From IMG/VR virus record IMGVR_UViG_3300037524_000956: a DNA stretch of 64,000 nucleotides; one strand, given 5' to 3'. The number at the start of each line of letters is the position of its first letter. The stretch's first letter is position 1. A model generated the notes under the pieces. That model was not told the DNA's origin and searched no databases. It was given only the letters and a program-made list of their open reading frames with translations. Shown here piece by piece: positions 44,873 through 54,451 of this stretch. The position numbers and the translations under genes were made by a program. This DNA comes from an uncultured virus (IMG/VR IMGVR_UViG_3300037524_000956). Lineage: Duplodnaviria > Heunggongvirae > Uroviricota > Caudoviricetes.

Positions 44873-45142
44873 TCAATCGTCAGTCGTCAGCGTCGCGTCA
44901 ATGAAATCTAGCAATCCTGCGTAATTACCAGCAGCAATACTCGCCCACCGATCCGAAAACGCCTGCCCATTTTCTGCAACGCCGAAAGTGCTCTCAAAGG
45001 TCGGTAGACTGGTTCCAATCGTCTGAGCGCGCATCCCATCATATTTTTCAAAGACTGCCAGCCCATCCCGAATCTGCGCAAGCGCAAATAAAAGCTGATT
45101 GCCGACGCGATGCCCGTTGTTGATCTTGACTAAAACTGCCAT
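44873..45142 (-). CDS. Hypothetical protein
   Basis: GGAGG RBS. Confidence 0.7.
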   Translation of the reverse strand: MAVLVKINNGHRVGNQLLFALAQIRDGLAVFEKYDGMRAQTIGTSLPTFESTFGVAENGQAFSDRWASIAAGNYAGLLDFIDATLTTDD

Positions 45143-45160
45143 AAAACCTCCCGATAAAGA

Positions 45161-46174
45161 TTAAGCCGCGCCTTTGATCAGGCCGGTGTTGAGTAACGCA
45201 GTCCGTAAGGAATGCACCAAAGTCGATAACGCTCGCACGTCGTCTGCGAGTTCTTCGCACTTGTCCCGCAATGCCTGACATTCGCCTTGCGTCGGGCTGG
45301 CAGAAAAGGTCAGGTCGCTAATTTCACTGTTCGCATTACCGAGAGTGACCACCGCCTGATCGGCGCTGGCTTGCTGAACCACCGGGGTCACGCCGTAAAA
45401 ACCGACCAGACTGGTGACGGCTTCGCCAATCTTTAGCCCACGTAGGGTGCCAGTGCCTAATGCTTCGGTAGTAATCGTGCAGACATTAGACCCCCACTTA
45501 AGCGCCAATCGCTCGTAGTTACTGGCGTTGGTGTAGGTGTTGTAAAGGCGATAGGTTTGAGGGTTGGTAGTTCTTCGTTGGGCAAGGACATCGTTATCGT
45601 CATTTATTAGGACCAGAATTTGATCACCTGTTGCGTTAGTATTTCCCCACCCCAGTGCGACGCCACCCCCTAGCAATACCTTTCCGTCGGCCCTGACACC
45701 AAAATGCGCGGATGTTGCAAAATAAATTCCAGTGGCGCCTTTTAGTACAAGCCAGTCATTAACATGTTGGATAGTATGAGATGTATTTATAATATTAACT
45801 ATTCCTTCTTTATTGACAAAGACTTTGCTTGTCCCTCCAACCTGCAAATCCAGCAGTTTACTCGCCTCCGCACTGGCGGTACTGGTAATATTGGCCTTAA
45901 TCCCGGTGAACGTGACTGCGGCATTATTCCACGTCTGCGAAACATCGATAATCGGTTGCGAAGTGGTGACGGTGCCGCCACTGCCAGTAATCTGGTTCCC
46001 ATTCAGGTCGAGATCGCCGCCGAGTTGCGGGGTGGTATCATCCACGAGATCGCCGCCACCGCCAGAAGCATACAACTCAGTGAAATTATCATTCGCTTTA
46101 TCAAAGGCATCCCGCAGCGTATCGCCCGTGCCGTCATTGGCAGTCGTACCGATGCTAATTGTTTGCTGTGCCAT
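45161..46174 (-). CDS. Tail fibre-like protein
   Basis: N-terminal IGTTANDGTGDTLRDAFDKANDNF and DTTPQLGGDLDLNG motifs, C-terminal coiled coil. Confidence 0.7.
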   Translation of the reverse strand: MAQQTISIGTTANDGTGDTLRDAFDKANDNFTELYASGGGGDLVDDTTPQLGGDLDLNGNQITGSGGTVTTSQPIIDVSQTWNNAAVTFTGIKANITSTASAEASKLLDLQVGGTSKVFVNKEGIVNIINTSHTIQHVNDWLVLKGATGIYFATSAHFGVRADGKVLLGGGVALGWGNTNATGDQILVLINDDNDVLAQRRTTNPQTYRLYNTYTNASNYERLALKWGSNVCTITTEALGTGTLRGLKIGEAVTSLVGFYGVTPVVQQASADQAVVTLGNANSEISDLTFSASPTQGECQALRDKCEELADDVRALSTLVHSLRTALLNTGLIKGAA

Positions 46175-46176
46175 AC

Positions 46177-46380
46177 CTAATCCTTCGCATACGGGTCAAA
46201 AAAACTGCGCTTGAGATGCACTTCACGCAGTGGATGATGAATCTCATGAGGTACGCACCCCATGATCGTTTCGCCATCAGGAGCCGCCAGCCGAACAATC
46301 TGATTCGGATACCGATCAAACACATGCGCGCAAATGGTATAATCGTACTCATCAGTAATCCGGTATCGCGAATCAGTCAT
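46177..46380 (-). CDS. Hypothetical protein
   Basis: ORF in the late operon. Confidence 0.55.
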   Translation of the reverse strand: MTDSRYRITDEYDYTICAHVFDRYPNQIVRLAAPDGETIMGCVPHEIHHPLREVHLKRSFFDPYAKD

Positions 46381-46388
46381 GGCGATTC

Positions 46389-46829
46389 TCAGGTGTAAGT
46401 GAAGGTGACAATCCCTGCCGCGTCCCAGGTGATATTGAATGGGGTTCCCGTATTCGCCGTTTTCGCTTCCCCAAACGCGATATAGGCCACAGGAGGATCG
46501 TCGGCATCCGTATCGTTGTAGATCAACGCATAACTAGCCGGGCCAATATCGCCGCCCGAAGCCGTCCAACTGACATCCGTTGCATCAAACTTGGCATCGT
46601 TGGTAGTGACAACACTTACGGCAACATCGGCCAGCGCTTTGTCATCCTGCGTATAGCCATTAGCCGTCGATAGCTGCGTAGCTCCCCCTTCCGCCAAGGC
46701 TTTAGTAGTATCGGCGGCGTCAAAATCAAACACTGAATACAGATTGATTTTGTAGGTATCGCCGACCGCATTCGCGCCAGAGGCGAAACGGGAAACGGTG
46801 TGGTTGTACAGGGTAATCGTGACAGCCAT
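46389..46829 (-). CDS. Minor tail protein
   Basis: NGYT...FDATDVSWTASGG...FNITWDAAGI pattern seen in phage tail proteins. Confidence 0.65.
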   Translation of the reverse strand: MAVTITLYNHTVSRFASGANAVGDTYKINLYSVFDFDAADTTKALAEGGATQLSTANGYTQDDKALADVAVSVVTTNDAKFDATDVSWTASGGDIGPASYALIYNDTDADDPPVAYIAFGEAKTANTGTPFNITWDAAGIVTFTYT

Positions 46830-46840
46830 GATTTAAATCC

Positions 46841-47200
46841 TCACACTTGATCGCAGACGCGAATCAGTAATTTATCAGGGGTGCAAGTAGGATTTACCCA
46901 CACCATACCTTCGGGCCATTGCGCGGAATACACCGTGAGAATGGCGGTCGTATAATTAAAAGCGGTCGAGAGTAATAACCCGAGTCGCAATTCCAACACC
47001 GAAGTCGTCTCATCCCAATCAAACGCTTCGGGATTCGTATCCGAATCAATCTCAATCTCAGGGACAGTATTGATCGTGAGTACCCACCTTGTAGGATCAA
47101 CATCTGGATAAGCGGTATGAAAGTCAACACCATCTTCATTCAGGATCAGCCGAATAGCATTATTTCGCCCAACATAGACGGTTTCTTTTAAACTACTCAT
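46841..47200 (-). CDS. Hypothetical virion protein
   Basis: ATGA overlap, beta-rich. Confidence 0.6.
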   Translation of the reverse strand: MSSLKETVYVGRNNAIRLILNEDGVDFHTAYPDVDPTRWVLTINTVPEIEIDSDTNPEAFDWDETTSVLELRLGLLLSTAFNYTTAILTVYSAQWPEGMVWVNPTCTPDKLLIRVCDQV

Positions 47201-48435
47201 GCGGCTCTCCGAAGAAGGTTGCGGGGTGAGGCTTGCAAGACGGTCAAGCGTTTCGTCGCCGATTGCAGTCCTGACAAAGCGGTATCGGATTGCAGTCCTG
47301 GACGATCCACACCAAGAGGGAATTCACCCATATACACGGCAGGTTTCCGAGCAAAGATCAGGATCGTGGCGCTTGGAACTGTCAGCGATGCGCCAGTCAA
47401 TACTGCTGGAACCAGAGACGCCACGGCGACTGAGGCGGGGAACGGGAGAATCGTGGCCGTGTTGACCGTTGGAGCCGACGAAGCCACTTCAACCGAGGCC
47501 GCAGGGACTTGAACCACCGCAGCTTGCCCGACATTTGGCGCTACTGCTGATACCGTAACGGCGGACGAAGGAATCGCTACCACTGCTGCGGTTGAAATCT
47601 GAGGAGCCGACGAAGCGACTTGAACCGTTGCTGCCGGAACATTTACGGCGGTTGCTACAGTAATCGTCGGAGCCGTACTCGCGACCGCGACTCCTGCCGC
47701 AGGCACACTGAGCGAGGTGCCCGTATTAATCGCCGGGGGCGCTATATCTAGATTGACGGCTACAGCGGGAACCGTCACCGTAACGCCTTGGCCCAACGAA
47801 GGCACAATCGCTGCAATAGTCACTGCGACTGGCAACAGCCCGACATTCGCAAATGGCGAACAGGTATGGTCTACGGTAAGCGAAGTTTCATCAGCGGTAA
47901 CATCGGTTTCGTCCGCCGTGCGCCAGTAGCCATTCACGCAGGGACGAAGGGCGCTGACAGTGATTGCGGCGGCGGGAACTACTACTTCAGTAATTGATGT
48001 GGTTGTAATCAGCGGGGCAGCGGTATCGATAGAGACTACCGCACTCGGAACAGCGAAACTAACCCCGGTCGCCAGCGAAGGAGGACTTCCTACTACTGCA
48101 ACATTTGCTGCCTGAGAAACAAAACTAACACCGGATTGAATTGTAGGGGTTAATCCAGCAATAACTACCGCAACCGATGGAACAATTATCGACGATCCTT
48201 GGCCTAACGATGGGGCAATGGCCGAAACAGTAATCGCGCCAATTGGAGAAACTACTGCGCTGCCTGTTTGAATCGTTGGAGTAGAAGCAGCAACAACAAT
48301 TCCCGCTGTAGGAACAGTAACGCTTGCACCAGAACCTGTGCTCGTCGTTTCCTGCACCCAGCCAAAGGGCGTGACCCGCGAAAGCGTTCCGGTTTCTTCT
48401 AACCAGCCGGAGGGCGTAACGCGGTTGATCGCCAT
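47197..48435 (-). CDS. Repeat-rich tail protein
   Basis: Tandem ~23-aa VPxAxVxVAxxAPxI repeats. Confidence 0.7.
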   Translation of the reverse strand: MAINRVTPSGWLEETGTLSRVTPFGWVQETTSTGSGASVTVPTAGIVVAASTPTIQTGSAVVSPIGAITVSAIAPSLGQGSSIIVPSVAVVIAGLTPTIQSGVSFVSQAANVAVVGSPPSLATGVSFAVPSAVVSIDTAAPLITTTSITEVVVPAAAITVSALRPCVNGYWRTADETDVTADETSLTVDHTCSPFANVGLLPVAVTIAAIVPSLGQGVTVTVPAVAVNLDIAPPAINTGTSLSVPAAGVAVASTAPTITVATAVNVPAATVQVASSAPQISTAAVVAIPSSAVTVSAVAPNVGQAAVVQVPAASVEVASSAPTVNTATILPFPASVAVASLVPAVLTGASLTVPSATILIFARKPAVYMGEFPLGVDRPGLQSDTALSGLQSATKRLTVLQASPRNLLRRAA

Positions 48436-48438
48436 CGA

Positions 48439-49776
48439 CTAACTCCGGCCTCGAATAGTCGGGTCTACGTGCACGGTGATCGACGGTTCGCCTACCACCA
48501 CACGGGCGCGCAGGTGGCCAATTTCCGCCGGGGTAATCGCCGAGGTCGGGTTCAGTTTACCGAACCAGGAGGTCGCGTTTTCGCCGGTCCAACCACTCGC
48601 ATCCAGCGCCCCGGTGGTCTGATCCGCCGCTGCGGCGAGCAGGGCTTTTCGATCAGAGACAATCGTGGCGAGCGGAAAGCCGGACGTACCCTGATAACTG
48701 AATTCACCCCACACTTCATCGTTCTGATACGCCGTAGCACTCCCTGAACGGACAATTTCCAGCGAGGGCGTAATCGCCGAAGTTCCGGAGTGATAGCAAT
48801 CAATCCACGGACTCACATAAGGCGTGGTGTAACTGCAATTCGCCGTGGTGACGATTTTCCAGCTACAGCGATTCGTGCCGTCATAGCTCGCGCCATTATT
48901 CGCATAGATGCCGGTATCAATGACGGTCGAGCCAAAGGCGTCGTGATATTGCAGGTTATAGTGCTCATCGCCTGCCGAGCAGTTGTACAGCCAAGCGTGC
49001 GCCGAGCTTTTATTAGCGGGCGTTTGTGATGCTAAAATAGCGACGCCAGAACCGAGTTTGCAATGAATAAACTGGAATTCTGTCGCTCGATTGGTTTGCG
49101 ATGCGATCAGTGTTCCAGTAACCACCGATAAATCACATCCCACACATTGAATCAAACATCCCGAACTTGAAGCTTTTAGCAAGACGCTTGGTGTGGAACC
49201 ATCAGATGAAATAACGCAACCTAAAAAACTAGAATTTGAATGATTCGTTATTCCATGTCCGGTAGCGCCGAACCGAAATGTTGTATTGGAAAGATTAATA
49301 TAATTATTGCTCGAAGAAGCCGAACCTCCAATAATTATATTGCCGGTGCCAGTAGTACCCAGCCACAAATAACAATTTTCTAATTCAAGATGTGCTCCAT
49401 CAGAAGAGCCGATGGTCATTGATGCAGAGCTTGATCCTGCTATTCTAAAAGTCAATCCCGATATAAAAACACGATACGCTCCATTAACATCAATAGTGCG
49501 AGTGGACGAGTCATGCCCAATCCAGTTATTAACCCCCATCGTCCCTAGCGTTTGTGGCGGCTCGTTGCTTTTATCATTACTGCAAATAACGTTGACGTTA
49601 TTACCAAAGGTATACGTCGCAGCCGCCGACAACGTATCAGTGAACCCCTGATCGACGTAAATGGTATCGCCATCGCCGGTCGCTGCCGTGACGGCCCCGG
49701 CGAACGTGGTAAACGCTTTCGCCCAGGTCAACCCATCGGAGTTATCGCCATCACTGGCGACATAATACAGCGTCAT
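48439..49776 (-). CDS. Tail fibre/spike-like protein
   Basis: YYVASDGDNSDGLTWAKAFTT N-terminus, beta-helix-like Ser/Gly/Thr-rich body. Confidence 0.6.
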   Translation of the reverse strand: MTLYYVASDGDNSDGLTWAKAFTTFAGAVTAATGDGDTIYVDQGFTDTLSAAATYTFGNNVNVICSNDKSNEPPQTLGTMGVNNWIGHDSSTRTIDVNGAYRVFISGLTFRIAGSSSASMTIGSSDGAHLELENCYLWLGTTGTGNIIIGGSASSSNNYINLSNTTFRFGATGHGITNHSNSSFLGCVISSDGSTPSVLLKASSSGCLIQCVGCDLSVVTGTLIASQTNRATEFQFIHCKLGSGVAILASQTPANKSSAHAWLYNCSAGDEHYNLQYHDAFGSTVIDTGIYANNGASYDGTNRCSWKIVTTANCSYTTPYVSPWIDCYHSGTSAITPSLEIVRSGSATAYQNDEVWGEFSYQGTSGFPLATIVSDRKALLAAAADQTTGALDASGWTGENATSWFGKLNPTSAITPAEIGHLRARVVVGEPSITVHVDPTIRGRS

Positions 49777-49991
49777 GATTCCGCCCCAACTAACGCTTCA
49801 AATTCCTGATCCGCCAACTGCACGTCCATCTCCGCAATGCGATTCGTGATGATCGTATTGACATCCACGCCCACCGCAGCGAAGAACGAGATCATGTATT
49901 CCCGCCCGTCCTGATCGTACATGCGCAGCACCACATGCTTGCTGCCATTCGCCTGCACGGACTCTTCTTTCAAGTGTGAAGTAATGGGCAT
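49773..49991 (-). CDS. Hypothetical protein
   Basis: Start moved to MPITSH (AGGAG RBS). Confidence 0.6.
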   Translation of the reverse strand: MPITSHLKEESVQANGSKHVVLRMYDQDGREYMISFFAAVGVDVNTIITNRIAEMDVQLADQEFEALVGAES

Positions 49992-49993
49992 GA

Positions 49994-50248
49994 CTATTCT
50001 CCTACAGCCGCTTGCAGGTCGTTGTGCGCGGTAATCCATTTGTTCATTTTCGTCTTGAGATTATTCCACTGCGTCACCGTCAAGCCGAAGGCGTTGCGAA
50101 CCTGGGCATCGGTTAAATCACCCGCCTGAATTCTGGAGATCACGAACTTCGCCAGTTGCACGCAGCGCTCGCGTTCGGCGTTGCGATACGCTTCCCGAAA
50201 GCGGGAAACGAATTGCGCAGCGGTTTGATGCTTGAGCAGTAGAGCCAT
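49994..50248 (-). CDS. Hypothetical protein
   Basis: AAGGTG RBS. Confidence 0.65.
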   Translation of the reverse strand: MALLLKHQTAAQFVSRFREAYRNAERERCVQLAKFVISRIQAGDLTDAQVRNAFGLTVTQWNNLKTKMNKWITAHNDLQAAVGE

Positions 50249-50249
50249 G

Positions 50250-50360
50250 TTATTTCACCTTCAAACTATTCACGGCAATCTCAATCGCCAGATTCAGCAA
50301 CGCCGCACCTACCGAGACCGCAATCTGTTGACAAGACTCAATACCAGACGGGACGGGCAT
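50250..50360 (-). pseudogene. Short ORF resembling the C-terminus of the upstream gene (possible remnant)
   Basis: IAVSVGAALLNLAIEIAV vs VAEAIGRDLLSIAVKTAV. Confidence 0.35.
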
Positions 50361-50363
50361 GGG

Positions 50364-50609
50364 TTACTTACCACTTCTCATCATCAAAACTGCCGTTTTG
50401 ACCGCGATACTCAACAAATCACGACCTATCGCTTCGGCAACATACGCAAACTCGCTCAGAACAATCTGCTTTTTATCCGTTCCAGATATATCAGCATCAC
50501 TCAGTCTGATTACCGCAAGTTTTATCCTTTCGTAATCCAGCGATCCGACTAGCATCTTGATGATCGTTTGCAGCGCTAACAACCAGATGTTACCGCTAAA
50601 GGTTTTCAT
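50364..50609 (-). CDS. Hypothetical protein
   Basis: Start moved to MKTFSGN. Confidence 0.6.
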   Translation of the reverse strand: MKTFSGNIWLLALQTIIKMLVGSLDYERIKLAVIRLSDADISGTDKKQIVLSEFAYVAEAIGRDLLSIAVKTAVLMMRSGK

Positions 50610-50610
50610 G

Positions 50611-50817
50611 TTATTCACTGGGCGTGGGATTGGCTGCGTTGAGCATCGCATAACCGAGTTGATTCAGTTCAGCCAGCGCTCCAATCAATTTCTTCTCAAT
50701 GTCGAGAACGTAGGCATAAGGCATGTCTTCCCACGTCACCACTGAAGAGGAAAAAGGCTTTTCGTTGTCAGTAATGACCAACGATACTTTTACATCTAAC
50801 CGCTTATCAGGATTCAT
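50611..50817 (-). CDS. Hypothetical protein
   Basis: GGAGG RBS. Confidence 0.65.
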   Translation of the reverse strand: MNPDKRLDVKVSLVITDNEKPFSSSVVTWEDMPYAYVLDIEKKLIGALAELNQLGYAMLNAANPTPSE

Positions 50818-50831
50818 ACCAGCCTCCGCAA

Positions 50832-50853
50832 AGCGAGCCGGTGAAGGCTCGCT
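50832..50853 (-). terminator. Intergenic hairpin
   Basis: AGCGAGCC-N6-GGCTCGCT. Confidence 0.4.
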
Positions 50854-50860
50854 GCGCCTA

Positions 50861-51424
50861 TCACTTGTCGTTGAAACCTGCCGAAGTAGGATTGGTTAAT
50901 TCCGACCCTGGAACGCTCGTTTCCGGCAAATCCAGCACCGGCCTGCTCGTCATTTCTTTCAACAGCTTCCGCATCACGCCGATATTGCTGATCGCCCGCT
51001 TGTAGTCATGCTCGGTCAACGACCCGGCCATACTTGCGGACTGCGACTGAGATAGTTCCACGGCGGTCAGCATCCAATACTGGGCCAGCAATTCCGTCTG
51101 CTCATTCAACGGAACATTCTCGCCGTTAATGTCCTCTACGAACATATCGTAGGGTTCGGCCAGATTGATGTTAAAGCCGGTCGGATGCGTCGCGGGTAGG
51201 TCGGGAATCGGCTTCGCATGAATCGCCTCAACGAGAGTAGTCATGTAGTCCAGATATGAATTCTGGCGGCCAATCGACCACTCGTGCATCCCGGAACCCA
51301 GAGCGGCATCGGCTTCTTGAGCGACGGTCTTACCAAACTCGTAAGCCGACTTCGCCACGGCTCTCAGTTCGGCATTGCGATTGGGGTATTTTTTGAACAG
51401 ATCAGCAAAATCAGCGTTCGCCAT
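50861..51424 (-). CDS. Hypothetical protein
   Basis: GGAG RBS, 187 aa. Confidence 0.7.
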   Translation of the reverse strand: MANADFADLFKKYPNRNAELRAVAKSAYEFGKTVAQEADAALGSGMHEWSIGRQNSYLDYMTTLVEAIHAKPIPDLPATHPTGFNINLAEPYDMFVEDINGENVPLNEQTELLAQYWMLTAVELSQSQSASMAGSLTEHDYKRAISNIGVMRKLLKEMTSRPVLDLPETSVPGSELTNPTSAGFNDK

Positions 51425-51449
51425 TGTTACTACTCCAAAATATTAAAGA

Positions 51450-51830
51450 TCATTCACCATTCAGAAATGCAAACCGCGCCAGTAAGTCAATTCGCTGCTG
51501 CAAATCCTGACGCGCCCACTCGCCCAAGTTCGGGCAATATTCACTGATGCACTGGTTTGAGATACCAGCGACTTTCAAACCATTCGGAAGAGTCGCTACT
51601 AATACTGCAAATCCATCGACAACATAGCCAGTAACGGGAGCCAAACCGCGAGACGAACCATCTGGCTTGGAGCCGAGCCAAATATCTCGATTATGTCCCT
51701 CCAGCGGAATCCATGTGGGAGCCACAATAACCGGACAGGGTTCGGCGCTGTAATCCGGGCCAAACGCGGCATCGCCACAGGCGATAGACAGCGCTGGAGC
51801 AAACAACAAACCGAGAAAAAGCTTTTTCAT
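51450..51830 (-). CDS. Secreted or lipoprotein-like hypothetical protein
   Basis: MKKLFLGLLFAPALSIAC signal peptide. Confidence 0.6.
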   Translation of the reverse strand: MKKLFLGLLFAPALSIACGDAAFGPDYSAEPCPVIVAPTWIPLEGHNRDIWLGSKPDGSSRGLAPVTGYVVDGFAVLVATLPNGLKVAGISNQCISEYCPNLGEWARQDLQQRIDLLARFAFLNGE

Positions 51831-52064
51831 TTTATTGCCTCAAAATAGTAAATCGGAATCCAGACAGCCCAACGAATCCAGAATCAACTCTTCGTTTCGT
51901 GTCTCACACAAAATATAGGTATAGAAACAAAATCCGGGATTGGGCCGCAGGAGAAACCCCGGCAATAATCGCGCTCGTTCCGTCATCGCATAGCGCAAAA
52001 TCCAGTCAAAGTGCGCACAATACAAGCGACGCTGTTGAATGTGCAAAGCCGTAGAGCGCAACAC

Positions 52065-52331
52065 TTAAAACATCCCCCGACACTGCATCCCGACCGACTC
52101 AACCATTGTAGCCACCGCCATCCTGCCGCAGAGTGGATCCGGGGTCTTGATGCTCATCGTTGGGTTGCAGTGAAGCAGTGCGCACCCGGATAATAGGTGG
52201 ATCAAAAGACTGAGGATCGCCACCAGAAACAGAAAGTGAATGGCTTTCTTGCACAGATTCGCTGCGTCCCACCAAATTGATCTCGGATATATCGGTTTCA
52301 CGAGTACGGGTCTCCGGCGAACGAATTTCAT
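52065..52331 (-). CDS. Putative lipoprotein (o-spanin candidate) overlapping the holin-like gene
   Basis: Hydrophobic stretch then lipobox LSGC; short Cys/Pro-containing mature part. Confidence 0.45.
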   Translation of the reverse strand: MKFVRRRPVLVKPIYPRSIWWDAANLCKKAIHFLFLVAILSLLIHLLSGCALLHCNPTMSIKTPDPLCGRMAVATMVESVGMQCRGMF

Positions 52332-52488
52332 CACGTACAAACACTCCAATCAGGCCCGCCAGCGCCATCCCGGCTAGCACAATCGCTTCAATCTGATCAG
52401 GTCGTAAAGCGACACCGGAAACAGTTAACAGCCAAACCAATCCACGCCATGTAGAAGCTTCCCGCAAGCGATTGATTATCCAGTTCAC
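52099..52488 (-). CDS. Holin-like membrane protein
   Basis: RLREASTWRGLVWLLT...LAGLIGVF, two transmembrane segments, directly after the endolysin. Confidence 0.6.
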   Translation of the reverse strand: MNWIINRLREASTWRGLVWLLTVSGVALRPDQIEAIVLAGMALAGLIGVFVRDEIRSPETRTRETDISEINLVGRSESVQESHSLSVSGGDPQSFDPPIIRVRTASLQPNDEHQDPGSTLRQDGGGYNG

Positions 52489-53060
52489 AATTTATATTCC
52501 CCTACCAAAAAAGCATCCTTTTTAACTCTTTGAAGTACGTACATTAATTCCTGCCGAGACACTAGCGCCTTATTCCCATGCACATCCTTATCATAATAAG
52601 ACCTTCCAGTCCTATACGGAAGCGAAGCCCACTCCATTGATAAAGAATCAGCAAAAGACTCATCCCCACCGTGCATCCTCCCAACCAGCCATTTATCTAA
52701 ACCCCGCCGGCGAAGCAGCTGCAGCCCAAGCATGTCTTGTGTACTTGCATCAAATACATCACTCATTTTCCACCAAGAATCAACAAGACCCTGTAACGTG
52801 GAGTTAATAATTTGATAGCGGCCTACAGCACTGTATCCAATTCTTGAATTATGTTTTTCTTTATACCGTCTAATTGCTTCATCTTGCCAGTCCAGTACCT
52901 CAGCAACTATTAAAGTTGTTAAAGGCTTTAACGGGGGGTATACTTTAAACGCTTGCCAAACCACCACATCATAACCAGACTCAACACCCTGTGCTTCAGC
53001 AGCACTTTCACTCTCATGCCTGGCGATAAGATCAAGAAGTGGCTTGACTCGATTAATCAT
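52485..53060 (-). CDS. Endolysin (lysozyme-like muramidase)
   Basis: LLDLIARHES, SAVGRYQI, FDASTQD, EWASLP. Confidence 0.85.
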   Translation of the reverse strand: MINRVKPLLDLIARHESESAAEAQGVESGYDVVVWQAFKVYPPLKPLTTLIVAEVLDWQDEAIRRYKEKHNSRIGYSAVGRYQIINSTLQGLVDSWWKMSDVFDASTQDMLGLQLLRRRGLDKWLVGRMHGGDESFADSLSMEWASLPYRTGRSYYDKDVHGNKALVSRQELMYVLQRVKKDAFLVGEYKL

Positions 53061-53692
53061 GCAACAGTCTCAACAACACGTAAAGTAGCTGTACCGCTTG
53101 CAAAACTAGTAATCTTTAACCGAGCCAATGGCCAAGGAATAGTTAATGCTAAAGAATCACTGGCAGTTTTTGCTGTTAATGTTCCATCAGCCTTAGCCAA
53201 AATGGCTGTTTCAGCTTCAGCATTACTTGTCATATTACGAGTTCCATACTGAACTTCATACGTTAAGCTCGCACCGGTGGAAAGCACCACAGAAACACCC
53301 TTTAACGGGTATTCATCATTAAGCATAATCCATGGAGTTTCTAACGCATTACTATTACCTACAGTTACATTTGACCCAACTGCACCACTCGCTGCAATTC
53401 GTGTAACAGTCTTAAAACATGCCGTTGTCGTAACAGTAGAATTATTAGGTCCAGTAATGGCTTCTGAAATAGAGTTACCAAAAGTCGTAGTGCCGTATAT
53501 TGTAAAAGTTAATGCAGATAAATTTCCAGCGCTATATATTGTTACTTTCTGTTGCTCACCAAACGTAGCAACTCCGCAGGCGGCAAGCGCACCTGCGATA
53601 ATCAAGTTGCCTGCTTCAGCTAATTGCTGTGCAGCGCAAACCCCATCGGCATCTAAAGCTGTAGGTGCAGCAGTATATGAAACAGTTGACAT
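53057..53692 (-). CDS. Virion structural protein
   Basis: Beta-rich, E.ITGP...FKTVT.I pattern. Confidence 0.6.
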   Translation of the reverse strand: MSTVSYTAAPTALDADGVCAAQQLAEAGNLIIAGALAACGVATFGEQQKVTIYSAGNLSALTFTIYGTTTFGNSISEAITGPNNSTVTTTACFKTVTRIAASGAVGSNVTVGNSNALETPWIMLNDEYPLKGVSVVLSTGASLTYEVQYGTRNMTSNAEAETAILAKADGTLTAKTASDSLALTIPWPLARLKITSFASGTATLRVVETVA

Positions 53693-53707
53693 TACATGTT
53701 CCTCTTA

Positions 53708-54451
53708 TCAAGCGGCTGATTGTTCACTATTTTCCTGCTTTACACCTAAGGAATCAAAAACAAACCCCCTCGGCAGCTCCATCAATCTCACCTGCCGGCG
53801 AAGGCTTGTACGCAAATTGTTTTGCGCCTCAGCTATCCCTTGATACCATACCGTACTATAAAGTTGTGCCTTGCCTTGATTAAACGTGTCAATATCTGTT
53901 TGCATGTTTAATCGGAACAAAGTACCAATTACTAACAATTCATGGTACGCTTCTGGAATTTGTGGATCAACACCAACAGGAGGTATTCCTGTAGGGAGTG
54001 CTAAACTTAACGAAGTTACATATCCTTCTATATCCACTTCACAATCAGCATTTGGATATGGCACAAATCGAACTTTGTCAGGATACATATCAGTAACTAC
54101 AAACTTCGGTGTTCCTGTCGCTGCACGCCAGTTAGCAAATCGCTGAGAATTCTCTTTACTACTAAATGTAAAATACCCAAAGTCTAATTCACTAACAGTA
54201 ATCGGGCGTAATTGGTTTCCGTTAAGTATAACAGTCTTTACCACAAACATATTACTTGGTATTTCCAACCAGAGATCACCAGCCTCTACGTCATCTACTG
54301 TTGAGACATCATAAAGAGCCAGCGTGCTTTTAGCAAATTCTGATTCCGCCAGCGAAGCTTGCGCTAAAATAGTTGCATCAGAAACTAAATACGGCGTAGC
54401 TATGTCATCAAAGCGGACACGAACGGCTGCAATTAATTCTGCCGCAGTCAT
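53708..54451 (-). CDS. Head-tail adaptor-like protein
   Basis: MTAAELIAAVR...GTP...PYP...PQIPEAYHELLV. Confidence 0.6.
   Translation of the reverse strand: MTAAELIAAVRVRFDDIATPYLVSDATILAQASLAESEFAKSTLALYDVSTVDDVEAGDLWLEIPSNMFVVKTVILNGNQLRPITVSELDFGYFTFSSKENSQRFANWRAATGTPKFVVTDMYPDKVRFVPYPNADCEVDIEGYVTSLSLALPTGIPPVGVDPQIPEAYHELLVIGTLFRLNMQTDIDTFNQGKAQLYSTVWYQGIAEAQNNLRTSLRRQVRLMELPRGFVFDSLGVKQENSEQSAA

Noticed and set aside
51840..52064. 74-aa ORF between the lipoprotein and the secreted protein
   Set aside because: Start is uncertain and there are no recognisable features; it may be real but I cannot support it
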